NCBI GenBank assembly: GCA_013239625.1
Contig: MU054323.1
Coordinates: forward strand, 6,313,220 to 6,377,219
Origin: Lama guanicoe
Taxonomy: Eukaryota
DNA length: 64,000 bases
Direction of reading: 5' to 3'
The position numbers and the translations under genes were made by a program. The notes under the pieces were generated by a model that was not told where the DNA came from, made no database searches, and saw nothing but the letters and a program-made list of their open reading frames with translations. Of the stretch, positions 38,436-49,428 are shown in pieces (positions within the stretch are counted from its first letter, which is position 1; every line of letters starts with the position of its first letter).

Positions 38436-38460
38436 GAGGACCAGCTACAGCCTCGCTTGA
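38436..38460 (+). CDS. MFSD2B: MFSD2B exon 14, terminal coding part (RTSYSLA*)
   Basis: Long pyrimidine tract and tacag acceptor, TGA at 38458-38460; matches recalled human C-terminus RRTSYSLA; total CDS 1512 nt. Confidence 0.93.
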
Positions 38461-39251
38461 ATTGAGACTTCTGAGCCAGGACGCAGGAGCAGCATCTTCT
38501 GGGCTCCAAGTTCCCCTTTCATCTCAGCCCTTCAGCATCCTTGCTTCACAGTTTACACATGATCCATCTTTTTCCCTGGGATATGGAGTCTTCAGTGACT
38601 CTCCTGGAAGGAGTGGCCTGGGCTCCAGGACCCCCACCTGTAATTTCTTGCCTGTTGACCACAGAGCATCTCAGATAGGCCAGTGCCCCTGACTACCCAG
38701 CTCCAGGCAACCCGTGACCTGGAAAGCATCCCAGTAGCAACTATTCCTGGAAGAAGGAAGCCCCTACTAGCCTGGTCTGCAGAATTCCCATGGAAGCACC
38801 AGGCCCACCAACCTGCTTGGATGGCAAAGCTACCTGACGGGGCAGACACACAGACTTCCTGTTCCTCCTGACGCTCTAGTGAACATCTGAGAGAGAGGCA
38901 GACACCATGTGAGTGGGTAGAGTTGGGGCAGAGGGACATGCTGGGATGTCCAGTTAGGAAAGACACACACAGATGCAGCGAAGCCAACAGAACCCGGGGC
39001 ACGAATGGGGCCAGCAGTCGGAGGCGGGGGACTGGGCAGGGCATGTGAGGTGATTCTCAAACCCTTCCCTTAGAAGGGGACAGAGACTGATACTGAACCA
39101 CCAAAGATCAGTCATTTTTATGAACAAAAGGCATTTTTGTGGAAATATTTTTCTGAAATTTTATCTTACAAAAGCACAGGAAGCACCATTTTCTAGAAGC
39201 CATGTCTTTGGGGAAGAAAGATCCACTGAGGTTTATTTTCTTCAGAAACAA

Positions 39252-39257
39252 ATTAAA
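39252..39257 (+). promoter_or_regulatory. Candidate MFSD2B poly(A) signal (ATTAAA)
   Basis: ATTAAA at the end of an AT-rich island (about 39110-39270) in otherwise GC-rich 3' sequence, about 800 nt after the stop. Confidence 0.45.
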
Positions 39258-41771
39258 GGGTTTATCCTCTACTGAGACTGTGAAATGTGACTGCGGCCAG
39301 CCTTCTCCTCCCACTTCCTGGGAAAGCCCTGCCCCAAGAAGGGAAGGGGAGGGTGCCTAATGTCACTGAAACTGGATGTGTCCCCTCAGCCATATATCCC
39401 CAAGTCTGCATTTCCTCAGACCAGAGAGGCCATGTGGGAGGTGTGTTCCTTTCTGCCTTTGGAAGGGACAAAAAGCTGTGACTCTGTGGCGGCCCAGGGC
39501 AGTAGGCGATGGCCCATGTGGGTTTGGGATCTGGGGAGGAGTTGGGGACCTGTGGGGGACCTGATGCCCCAGCAACTCCCAGAGAAGCCTTACTATCTAA
39601 AAGGGGCTCAGGAGGTGCAGACTTGCTCCACACTTTTCTCCCTAGCCCCAGGCTCTGTCCCCTCCTGAGCCCATTGCCCAGGGCTAGGCCCCCTTCCATT
39701 TCTGTTTAGAACTTCGCTGCCTCTTACAGACAGACGTGAGATTAGGTGTGAGGACTAAGACTGCCGGAGCTCAGACACACAGACAGGATGTGCTCCTTAG
39801 AGCTTAAGGCATTCAGCATCCTCTACAAATGCTGTGGCACAAGAAGGAACCTGACCTCAGAGAGAGAGTGCAGGATGTGACCTGGTCTATCCCATACCGG
39901 AACTTCCTGGCCCTGTGACATTGACATGGACGTCTGATCCTTGAGGCCAGAGGCACCAAAGAAAGAGCTGGGTCAGCTTCTATTCCTTGCCCACCCCACA
40001 CTGTGCACAGGCACACAGACCACACACCGCACACTCACACTTAGCCATACATTCACACATAGGAATGCACACACACAGAACAGTTTCTTAACACTGGACA
40101 ATCACTAGCTAAGCGCAGACAGTACCTGGCACCACAGAAGGCAAGGTAAAGTTCCTACTCTCCTATGTTACGCTCCACTTTGGAAACCTGGACAATGCAG
40201 GTGGGGTCAGAAGCTTGTGCTACGTTTTAGATTATCTGTATTTCCTCAGAGTGCAGTCTCAAAGGAGTAGAGCTATTCAGTGCAAAGACAGCTGCAGGGG
40301 GCAGCCTCTGGGGCTCAGGGGTTAGATCTCAGACAGGAGGTGATGGTAGGCTGGCCAAAAGGTATTATTCCATTTCTTCCTCACAGCAGTCCTATGAAGC
40401 AGTACTATTCTCATTTTCAGATAAGGAAATAGGCTTAGAGAGATTAAGCAACTCGCCCAAGGTCAGTTGGTAGTAGAAATGGTCTTGTATCCAAGTTGGC
40501 CTGATTCCAAAGCTTGTGGAGATAGCCAGGGGTTAAAACATTTATTGGAGGAATGGCCCATCCCAGACTTTGGTATCACAGGATCACTTCTCCTCTGAAA
40601 CCAAACACCAGCATCTTGCCTCTGACTCTATGCTCCAGTTCCACTGTGATTCCCATTATTTCTGGCCTCCGACCTTCGTCTGGCTTACATTTGACAACTG
40701 AGCTCTGCACATGTGCACATCCCTCCTCTGACACCCACCCTCTGGGCCCGTCCTCCTGTTTCAGAGGAAAGGATCTCTCCTTGCCACCAAGGCCAGCCCT
40801 GGCCTATGGCTGGTAAAGGCAGGCATCTCCCCTCACCCCTTCCTTCTCCACTGCCTTTTCCATCTCGACGTAAATCCAGAAGATCATGCCATTCACTTAC
40901 TCAAGCCCCTCCCAGCCCCTCCTGTGCATCCCACCAACTTAGGCCCTAGGATGGCCTCAAGGCTTCACAAGATCAGGTTGCTGCTAAAATGTCACTTCTT
41001 CAGAGAGGCCTTTCCTGCGTCCCTGCTCCGCCGACAATGGCCTCCTCCACCCCCCACTCTCTAAGCTCCACGGGCTTTGCTTGTATTCAGTAAGCTCACC
41101 TCCACATACAGTTATAAATTTATCAACGGCTTTCTTGTTTATTGCTTGATACCCCCGTTAAAATGTAAATGTCATGAGGGGGGCTTTAACCACTACATCC
41201 TTGGTGCCCAGAAGTTAAACGTTCAATAGGAATAAGTATTTGCTAAATGAACAAGTGAATGCTCACTTGCCTTCCTCAAACAAAAACAGCCTTTCCTTGT
41301 TCCCTTAGCATTCTCTTCTCCAGATAATCTGCTCTACTCTTCTCCCCACACCCTCCGCTCCATAGCATTCTCTTCATCCTCACCTGACCTTACCTCCTTA
41401 ATCCATTAAACCTGGCCTTTGCCTCCCTGCTGAAGAGACAGTGCAGCTAATCTTACTCATGAACACAGAAGCAAGAATGTAGAACGAAGTATTAGCAACT
41501 GAGTCTGGTAATGTCTAAAAAATAAGTACATCATCAACATATCGGGTTTATTCCAAGAACGCAAAGTTTGTTTAATGTTAGAAAAATTCATCAAGTGAGA
41601 TTTACCACATTAACAGATTAAGGGTGGAAAAAGTTATCTCAGCAGTTGTAGAAGGAAGCATTTGATAAAAATCTAACACTCATGATAAAAGTTCTTAGTA
41701 AACCAAGAAGAAAAGGACATTTTTAAACCCGAGAAAGGATATCTACCAAAAATCTTGGGCAAACATCATTA

Positions 41772-41913
41772 TTTTTAACTTTTGGGGGGGTAATTAGTAT
41801 TTATTTACGTATCTATCTATCTATCCATCCTATCGAAACAGAGGTACTAGAGATTGAACCCAGGACCTCATGCATGTTAGGCATGTACTCTACCACCGAG
41901 CTATACCCTCCCC
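41772..41913 (-). mobile_element. Vic-1-like SINE nested in L1, with (TATC)n in the tail
   Basis: GAGGTACTAGAGATTGAACCCAGGACCTCATGCATGTTAGGCATGTACTCTACCACCGAGCTATACCCTCCCC. Confidence 0.85.
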
Positions 41914-42094
41914 ACAAGCAAAACATTTTTAATGATAAAATAATCCCTTTAAAATCAGGTATAAGGAAAGCATACCCACCATCAACAAAATTGTCATTAT
42001 TTGTGAATGATATGATTGCCTACATAGAAAACCCAAAAGAATTTATCTACAGATAAGTTATTAGAATTAATAAGAATATATAGCAAGGTAGTTG

Positions 42095-42736
42095 TGTTGC
42101 TGGTGAATCCAACCAGTGTTCCAGGTTCTTGTCCTGTCCCAGAAACAATTCAGAGACAAGACATAGAGGTTAAGAAAAGTAAAGTGAGGATTTATTCAAG
42201 GATGGACAGTACACTCTCAGAGGGAGAGCTGGCAGGCTCAGGTGAGCAGCTGCCCTGGGTTTCTTTGGCAAGTTAGTTACATAGGGTGTAAAAATGAATG
42301 AGCGGAATATTCATTGAGGAGGGAAGGGCTTGGGGTCATATTTCCTGATTATCATCCCAACTCCACCTTCCCAAAGGGAGGAGGGATTTTTGTCCTTAGT
42401 CTGGATCAGAAGTGTCATGGTGTTGGTGCATGATGGGTACTTCTGATCCGCAAGGCTAATTTATCGAAATGAGGGCATAATGAGCAAAAGATTACATTGG
42501 GACACTGGAAATTCCTGCCTTTTCTGACCTTTCTTTGTTGGTCTCCAGGCCAAAAGGTGTGGCCCCTTATCAGCCCAAAGATTCCTGCTTTTCTTTTTCT
42601 GCCCAGGGACCCCTGGTGCTTACATGATGTATGTTTTCCTGCATTTGGCTTGTGCCCCTCCTTTCTGCCCAATTCCTGCCATTTGGTCTGTGTCCCCCTT
42701 TCTCTGCTCATATCTAGCTATCTGCCTGCTCTAACA
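42095..42736 (-). mobile_element. ERV solo LTR, 642 bp, ERV1-type
   Basis: TG...CA termini, 4-bp TSD GTTG (42091-42094, 42737-42740), AATAAA on minus near 42191; removing it restores the L1 text AGCAAGGTAGTTGGATATAAAAT. Confidence 0.85.
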
Positions 42737-42934
42737 GTTGGATATAAAATAAAAACAAATTGTATTTTTATATGCCAGCAACAGTTATAAAATATAAATT
42801 TTAAAAGATATCATTCACAGTAGCAACAAAAAATATAAAGTACTTAAGAATAAATGAACAAGATGTGGAAGAATTCTGTTCCTGGCCATGATGTACACAG
42901 AGACCACATCTTGCCTCTTGGCTGAAACAATTAT

Positions 42935-42970
<36 letters not shown>
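42935..42970 (+). repeat. Poly(A) run of 36 nt
   Basis: Uninterrupted A tract inside L1-derived sequence. Confidence 0.95.
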
Positions 42971-42972
<2 letters not shown>

Positions 42973-43364
42973 GTTTTCAAAGCCCTGGGCATCAGGCAAC
43001 AAAGGAGTGATCTCTGAGAAACAGGAAACAAATGAGGTGAAGCTTATGACTGCCCCAGCATATCATCTTGAGAGTTTCCAGATGACAGTGAAGAGAACCA
43101 TTTGGAGCCCAGAGGACACCCTGAGTTGAGAAGATGAGTTGGAGGACACCAAAGTGGCTAGAGTTTGCAGGTCAGAATAGTGGAAGAGAGAACGACATAC
43201 AGTGAAACCTTGGGAGAGGTTCCCCTCAAGTACTCAACAGAATGCTGACTAGAGAAATATATGTGAAAGACAAAACTTCCATTAAAAAGAAAGATAAATG
43301 TGATTTCATTAAAATTAACTATGTTTCTTCAACAAAACACACAATCAAGAAAAAGACAAGTCAC

Positions 43365-43496
43365 CTCACAGTGGGAAAAAAAATGTGACAATGAATATAT
43401 GTATGTTCATGTATAACTGAAAAATTGTGCTCTATACTGGAATTTGACACAACATTGTAAAATGACTATAACTCAAAAACTGTTAAAAAAAAAAAA
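43365..43496 (+). mobile_element. Young 5'-truncated L1 3' end with poly(A)
   Basis: Perfect 18-bp TSD AAGAAAAAGACAAGTCAC at 43347-43364 and 43497-43514. Confidence 0.85.
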
Positions 43497-43886
43497 AAGA
43501 AAAAGACAAGTCACAAACTGGGTGAAGTTAGCCACATTAATGATATCTAGAATATATAAAGAACCCTCACAACTTGGTAATACAATATTATAAATCAACT
43601 ATAATTCAATAAAAATAAAATAAAATAAAAAGAATCTCTACAACAGGACAAAAAAAAAAAAAGACAACCCAAAAGAAATTTGGGCATAAGACATAAACAG
43701 ACATTTTGCAAAAGAGAAAACTGGAATGGACAATAAATTGATGCTCAATTTCATTGTTGATAAAGATTAGGATTCACAATGAGAAACCATTTGGAATACT
43801 AGAGGGTCATAAATTAAGAAGCCTTAAGCCTATAGAACAATAGTTCTGATAACATTGCTGTTGGGAATGAAGATTGATATAACCAC

Positions 43887-44393
43887 TGTGAATGAAAAAT
43901 AGTGCCAGCCATATTAGTAAAGAAAGGATGTTGTGGCCATCAAGTCATCAGCTGTTACCACCACCCCCGACAGTGAATGGAAGGAACTCAGGATGCAGAC
44001 AAGCAGGCAGCCCCCGGCTCTGCTTGCCACCCACAACAGTGCACCCTGAGGGAAGTCAGGATGGAAAGAACAGGATTCTGGCCCTAGTTAGCTAGGTGCA
44101 TATCAAAAGAATGATTTCAATGAGCCCAGAACTTTGCACCTTCCCATACAAAGAAAAGCATTAAATTCCTTAACTTGAGATATCCGGTTTTCTTTAATTG
44201 ACAGTCATCTTTTGAGGTTCTGACTACCTAGTCTTTGTGGCAAAACCCCTACATGTCCTGGAGCCTCCCCGGCCACTTTGGAACAGTTTCTTAAAGCAAT
44301 CTGAAAGGCTGCCTCCCGGGTTCGACTCCTCAAAGCCTGCCGAATAAAACATAACTCTCAACTTATAGGTTGTGCATTTTACTTCAGTCCACG
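43887..44393 (+). mobile_element. Second ERV1-type solo LTR, about 507 bp
   Basis: TG start, AATAAA 44343-44348, end TGTGCATTTTACTTCAGTCCACG, imperfect 4-bp TSD CCAC/CTAC; L1 text resumes afterwards. Confidence 0.75.
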
Positions 44394-45361
44394 CTACCTT
44401 GGAAAATAATTTGAATTTACATACACCCTGTGCTCCAGCAATTTCATGTCTAGGTAAGAGCCCTTAGACTTTTCGAACACCTGCATCAGGTGACGTTTAA
44501 CAAGCAATACTGTTTATAATTGCAAAAATAAAACCAGGGAATAATCCAAATGTGCACAGCAAGAAACTGGATAAACTGTGGTAACTCGAAACAATGAAAG
44601 CAGTAGAACATACACATAACAAGTATAAATCCTAGAAACAGTACTGAGTGAAAAAAAGGCAAGCTGCAGAAAAGTATATACAATAAAACACCATTGTATA
44701 AAGCTCCAAAACAAGGGGAAATAACCATTACATTGTTTAGGCCAATGTATACATGTGATTTTGGTGAAAATCCTTTTAAAAAGAAAGAAAAGGAATGAAG
44801 AAATGATAATTACAACAATCAAGAGATTAGTTACCTCTGGGGTGGAGTTATCTCTATGGAGAAGTATCCAGAAGGGCTACCCAGGGGACTTGAATGGTTT
44901 CTATTAATGTTCTGGTTCTTAAGTTGGGTGGTACGTGGTTCACTTTTTATTCAGCCCTCCTATACAACTATTGCACTTCTGAAATAATACCAATACAAAA
45001 TTTAGAAAAATTTGGGCACAAAATGGAATTTGTAAATAATGTCTTTTTTCCCCCAAATATTCTCAATATAACATTAAAGAATAATTTAAAGAATTTAGCT
45101 CTTCTCTCCCTGTCTCCAAAACCAATACTGAATTATCTTCTATTATTCCAAAGACTATAAACAGTAGAGGCCAAGGAAACTTCTTTTGTTTGAGAGTTGT
45201 CATGGAATCAGATCTGCTATAAAGAATAATTTATATTCTGGACTGTCCAGCAGAAGAAATACAACATACACATACGTAAAATCAAGAACGTTCGTCTATA
45301 CCACAACAATCACAAAAATACTATCAAAATGTTCACAGCAGCCACAACAACCATTAGTGAT

Positions 45362-45367
45362 TTTATT
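45362..45367 (-). promoter_or_regulatory. Candidate WDCP poly(A) signal (AATAAA on minus)
   Basis: Followed on the minus strand by GT-rich elements (ttgttgtgg, tttttgtgattgttgtgg); would give a 3'UTR of about 1.65 kb. Confidence 0.55.
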
Positions 45368-46994
45368 GAAGACTCATGAAATGATGATTAAAATGTACAC
45401 TTGGAGGCACCCACACTGATCTTACTACAGGGACGACCAAGCCCCCTCTTGAGGCTTCACAGTTATATGTTACGCCGGACACTTCCGTTGAGAATGGAGC
45501 CAGGCCTCAGACCACTCAGCCACTGCTCTCAGGCGACTGATTACAGACAAGTGGCCTCCACTTCCATTATCCCAGCATCTCTCTAATGCGTTTCAACCAC
45601 AAATGGGCCCTCGCTTCTTCCCTATCCCAGCTCCATCTTCATAAACTGTAACAGACAGACAGGAGTCCTCAAGGGTACAGAATACTTCTTTCCAGAAAAT
45701 TTTAAAAGAAAATGGGGAAAAGATGCATATGTACTCCTATGCATATGAGCTGCTATGGCAGAAAAATTCATCTGCAGATGTGCTCTGACTAGCCACATGC
45801 CAATCCACTTGTTATGCTGCAGAGACTGAAGTTTATGATTCTGTTTGAAGGCAGTGAGGAGTTGTGAGTCCATCCAAACCTGGAATCAGGGCTCTTTCCA
45901 TTATACTAAGCTGGCACTTTAGCCCATAATTATAATAAAATATCTCAGATTTAGTGAAACCTCTAATTTTCTGAAATACTTTCTCTCACAGACTCTATGC
46001 TGGTCTCTAAGATTTGAATGGCAGGGAAGGGAGGAGAAAAATAACAAAATTTAAAGCGATAGTTTAACTAAGGGAGTTGATTACTGGGAGAGAAACAGGA
46101 TATTTTTATGATCCATAAAGTGGGAGAGGGGGGAACATACCAGGGAGAAAATCATTAGGGGCAACAGCACAAAATCATGCCATAGGCCCCACATCAGTAA
46201 CATCAGGACACACACAAGTGGGACCCAGAGGGAGTCAAAGCATTTAAATTTCATTTGAAACTTGCTCAGGGCCAGTTTTTACGAGTATCTGGATGGCTGT
46301 CGGCAAGAATTTTCTAGGGAAGCGAAAGGGTTAGGTTTAAATCCTGAGGTCCAGTCAACATTAGAGCTACTTCCTGTTCCAGGAAGCACTAGGAGAAGTC
46401 AACCGATTTTTTGTCTTGCTTTGAACTCTGCCGATTCCCGCTGGTTTAGGGTAAAAAGATGCTGGAGCAGATGTTCTCCAGCACTCTTCACACTCAAGCC
46501 AAGAAAAAGATCTGTAACAATGCTGAGGTATCTTTTAAGTGCTTCTAAGAGCTTTAATACCATTTTGGGCAAGGGACAGAAAGCCTCAGAGAAACCATAA
46601 AACACAATCCATATGGCACCATAATATTGTTTTGTGCTGGGAATTCTGCCCTGAGACAAAACCACACAGTCATGAATACATAACTAACCACTTTCTGTGC
46701 CATCTAACAAAGACTGGGCTCTGCTGCAGAGCAGGGAGCGTCAGCCCCAAGGGAGAAAAGTGGCCAAGCCAACCATGGCAAGTGCTTCACCTCTGAACAA
46801 CAGTGCAAATCCCAGCTGGGGAGAGTCTGCCTCAGAAAACAGATCTTGTTTGTAATGGCCTCATCTGAAGGGCTACTCAGCAAATACTCTGCAAACCAGT
46901 ATCAGGCCACACTGCCTAAATGGTTAGGACAGCGCTAGTATGTATACTATGGGCTAGAGGTCTCTACAAACTTCAAGGACCAAGATCAAGAGTC

Positions 46995-47113
46995 TCAGAC
47001 AGAGTCTCTGAAGACATCTGACCTGCCATCTCTTATGATTATTTCCTGTGTGGCTGTGAAAGTTAACGGGATGAAACCTTCGCTATCAGCACAGAGAAGG
47101 ATCCAGTGGGAGC
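46995..47113 (-). CDS. WDCP: WDCP last coding exon ([39 protein letters not shown])
   Basis: Minus-strand tttcctttgcag acceptor, 119 nt, TGA at 46997-46995; [16 protein letters not shown] matches recalled WDCP. Confidence 0.93.
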
Positions 47114-48631
47114 CTGCAAAGGAAAATAGACACAAACGCAGTTTAGGATGTTTTATCTTATTCTATAAAGAAAAATACGACAAATATAGTTTTTTTGAGA
47201 ATGTAGTAGTTGACAATCTTGAACCTGATCATCACAAAACTTTAGAGAATGGGGAGATGAAAGGACAGTGTATAACTTAGGGTCAGGTTACATGGCAGGA
47301 AGGGGATGTTGATGAGTTAGGCATAGCTAAGGGACATATATTTTTACCCTGTCTAGGCATTAATCACTCAGTGCTATGCATTTGAACTTGTGTGTGCATA
47401 CATGTTAGAGGTTGTGTGTGGCGTGCCCCTATCTTACCTACATGCTGTCCCACAGTTTCTCCAGAAACTATGTGAAGTTGGGAATAGCTACTCTATGGAG
47501 GAATCGTCTATATTCTTGAGATCCATACCAGCCTCTAGACACCCAAGGAGGCTGAGCTCACTACAGCTAGACTAGAATGGTCCAGATAATCCTGAATGAT
47601 TTGTTCCAGGTTAACATAGGGCCATTAGCATAACACATGCCTAGACCTTCTCTGGTTCTTTCGAGTCAACTGTGTCTCACCTTTTGACTCTGTATATTTT
47701 ACTTCTGAAAATCTACACTTTCTAAAAACATGTAAAATATGCAGAGTTTTTATTAGAGTGTTATTTATGATAGTAAAAAATTGGAAACCACCTAAATGTC
47801 AAAGAAAATATGGCAAAGTAAAATACAGTATGAAGGGACTAAATCCTTCTCATAGCAAGGAAAAAAAATTTTTCCTATTTCCTCAATTTTGCATCTATAT
47901 GAGATGATGTTTACCAAATTTACTGTGGTAATCATTTCATGATGTATGTAAGTCAAATAATTATGCTGTACACCTTAAACTTATAAAGTGTTGCATGTCA
48001 ATTATACCTCAATAAAACTGAAGAAAAAATACATGGTTCACCCCAGATGGAGTATTAATCCCACCCAGTAAAAATGACAATTATGAAGTCATATCATACA
48101 TGCATGTCTCAAAAAAGAAAAGTGCTGATACTACAACTTTAAGGGGGAAAAAAAAATGAAACAAAGTATTATATTCAGTGCAGCAACTACCAAATGAGGC
48201 ATAAGAAAACCACCACCATCTCCATCAGATGGAAATCAGGCAGCACTCAGTCCTTTGCCATCAAGAAGTGTCCTTCACATCCATATGTTTGCTGCATATT
48301 ATAATGACAACTCCTTGAAGAAATATTCTGCAATGCTATGATCTCTATGTTTTAGTGCCATAGGTATATAAATATATTGCTCTATTCTAGTTTTTTCATG
48401 TGTCCACTTAGGTTTTCCAGCTAGATTGTAAGTTCCTTAGGGCAGAACCCGTATTTTCCATGTGTTTTGGAACCTATAACAGGCCTGGGTATACAGCAGG
48501 CAATTTAATAATACTTTTTAACGATCTAAGGAATCGCTAATGGTTGGTACACTTCATTTTCATTACCAGTGAAAAGTTACAAAACAGAGGAAGGGGGTGT
48601 TGGGTAGAGTCAATTTCTCAATTTTACCCAC

Positions 48632-48749
48632 CATGCAGCATTTCAATAAGTGATAGGCCAAAAGTCTCCTGAAGTGTACTGAGTCTTAATTTACCATTGC
48701 AGAGAAGGATATCTCTTTTTCCAACAACAGGACCTACAAAACAAGACTT
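48632..48749 (-). CDS. WDCP: WDCP middle coding exon (KSCFVGPVVGKRDILLCNGKLRLSTLQETFGLSLIEMLH)
   Basis: Minus-strand tttttgaag acceptor, G|GTGGGT donor, 118 nt, phase-compatible; too short for the ORF track. Confidence 0.93.
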
Positions 48750-49123
48750 CTTCAAAAATAAAAATAAAAGTCATTAAACTGATTGCAGAATCAATGTCAT
48801 TAACATTCCTAAGAATTCCTATTCTATTCCTAAGAACAGAATGCATAGTTTTAAAAATCCTTCTCTATTAGCACTATCAGCTAGACTTCAGTTTTAAATA
48901 AGGAGCTTTTTGCTGCATTATTTAACATAACTAAAGAATCTGATAAAACACAACCCCTAACCCTAATTTCCTTTTCCTTTTGCTCTGCTCTTTCTCCAGG
49001 GTCTGTCTTTATTGCTACTTACTGGCTTTCCTAGGATATGACTAATAACACTATAGGATGATGGATGGCAGCCTGAGAGACACAATCTCATGGTGAGGAA
49101 CAACTGCTTGGCTGTTTTAGGTA

Positions 49124-49428
49124 CAGGCATACCTTAGAGATACTGTGCGTGCAGTTCCAGATCACCAGAATAAAGCAAATATCGCAATAAAGTGAGCCAC
49201 ACGCATTTTTGGTTTCCCAGTGCAAATAGAAGTTATGTCTGTGCTATGCTGTAGTCCATTTAAGTGTGCAATTGCATTATGTCTCATAAAACAATGTACA
49301 TACATTAATTTAAAAATGCTTTCTTGCTTAAAAATGCTACTTATCATCTGATAATCCAGAGTTGCCAAAATCCTTCAATTTGTAAAAAACACATTATCTG
49401 CAAAGCACAATAAAATGAAGTATGCCTG
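49124..49428. mobile_element. Tigger1-derived non-autonomous element, 305 bp
   Basis: TIRs CAGGCATAC / GTATGCCTG, TA target duplication on both sides, GCAAATATCGCAATAAAG motif. Confidence 0.85.

Larger units (their letters stand above)
41440..44960 (+). mobile_element. Old fragmented sense L1 hosting nested younger insertions
   Basis: Degenerate ORF2 reverse-transcriptase text (GGGTTTATTCCAAGAA, GCATTTGATAAAA, translated LFVNDMIAYIENPKE) resumes after each insertion. Confidence 0.8.

Noticed and set aside
30076..39709. Dozens of short overlapping ORFs across MFSD2B
   Set aside because: Explained by real exons read into introns, antisense shadows and high GC content.
41874..42056. ORF with an RT-like segment (LFVNDMIAYIENPKE)
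   Set aside because: Chimera of SINE and degenerate L1 ORF2, with the catalytic FADD motif mutated; not a functional gene.
48806..48836. Short direct repeat ATTCCTAAGAA near the WDCP middle exon
   Set aside because: Small AT-rich slippage duplication, about 55 nt from the acceptor, with no sign of function.
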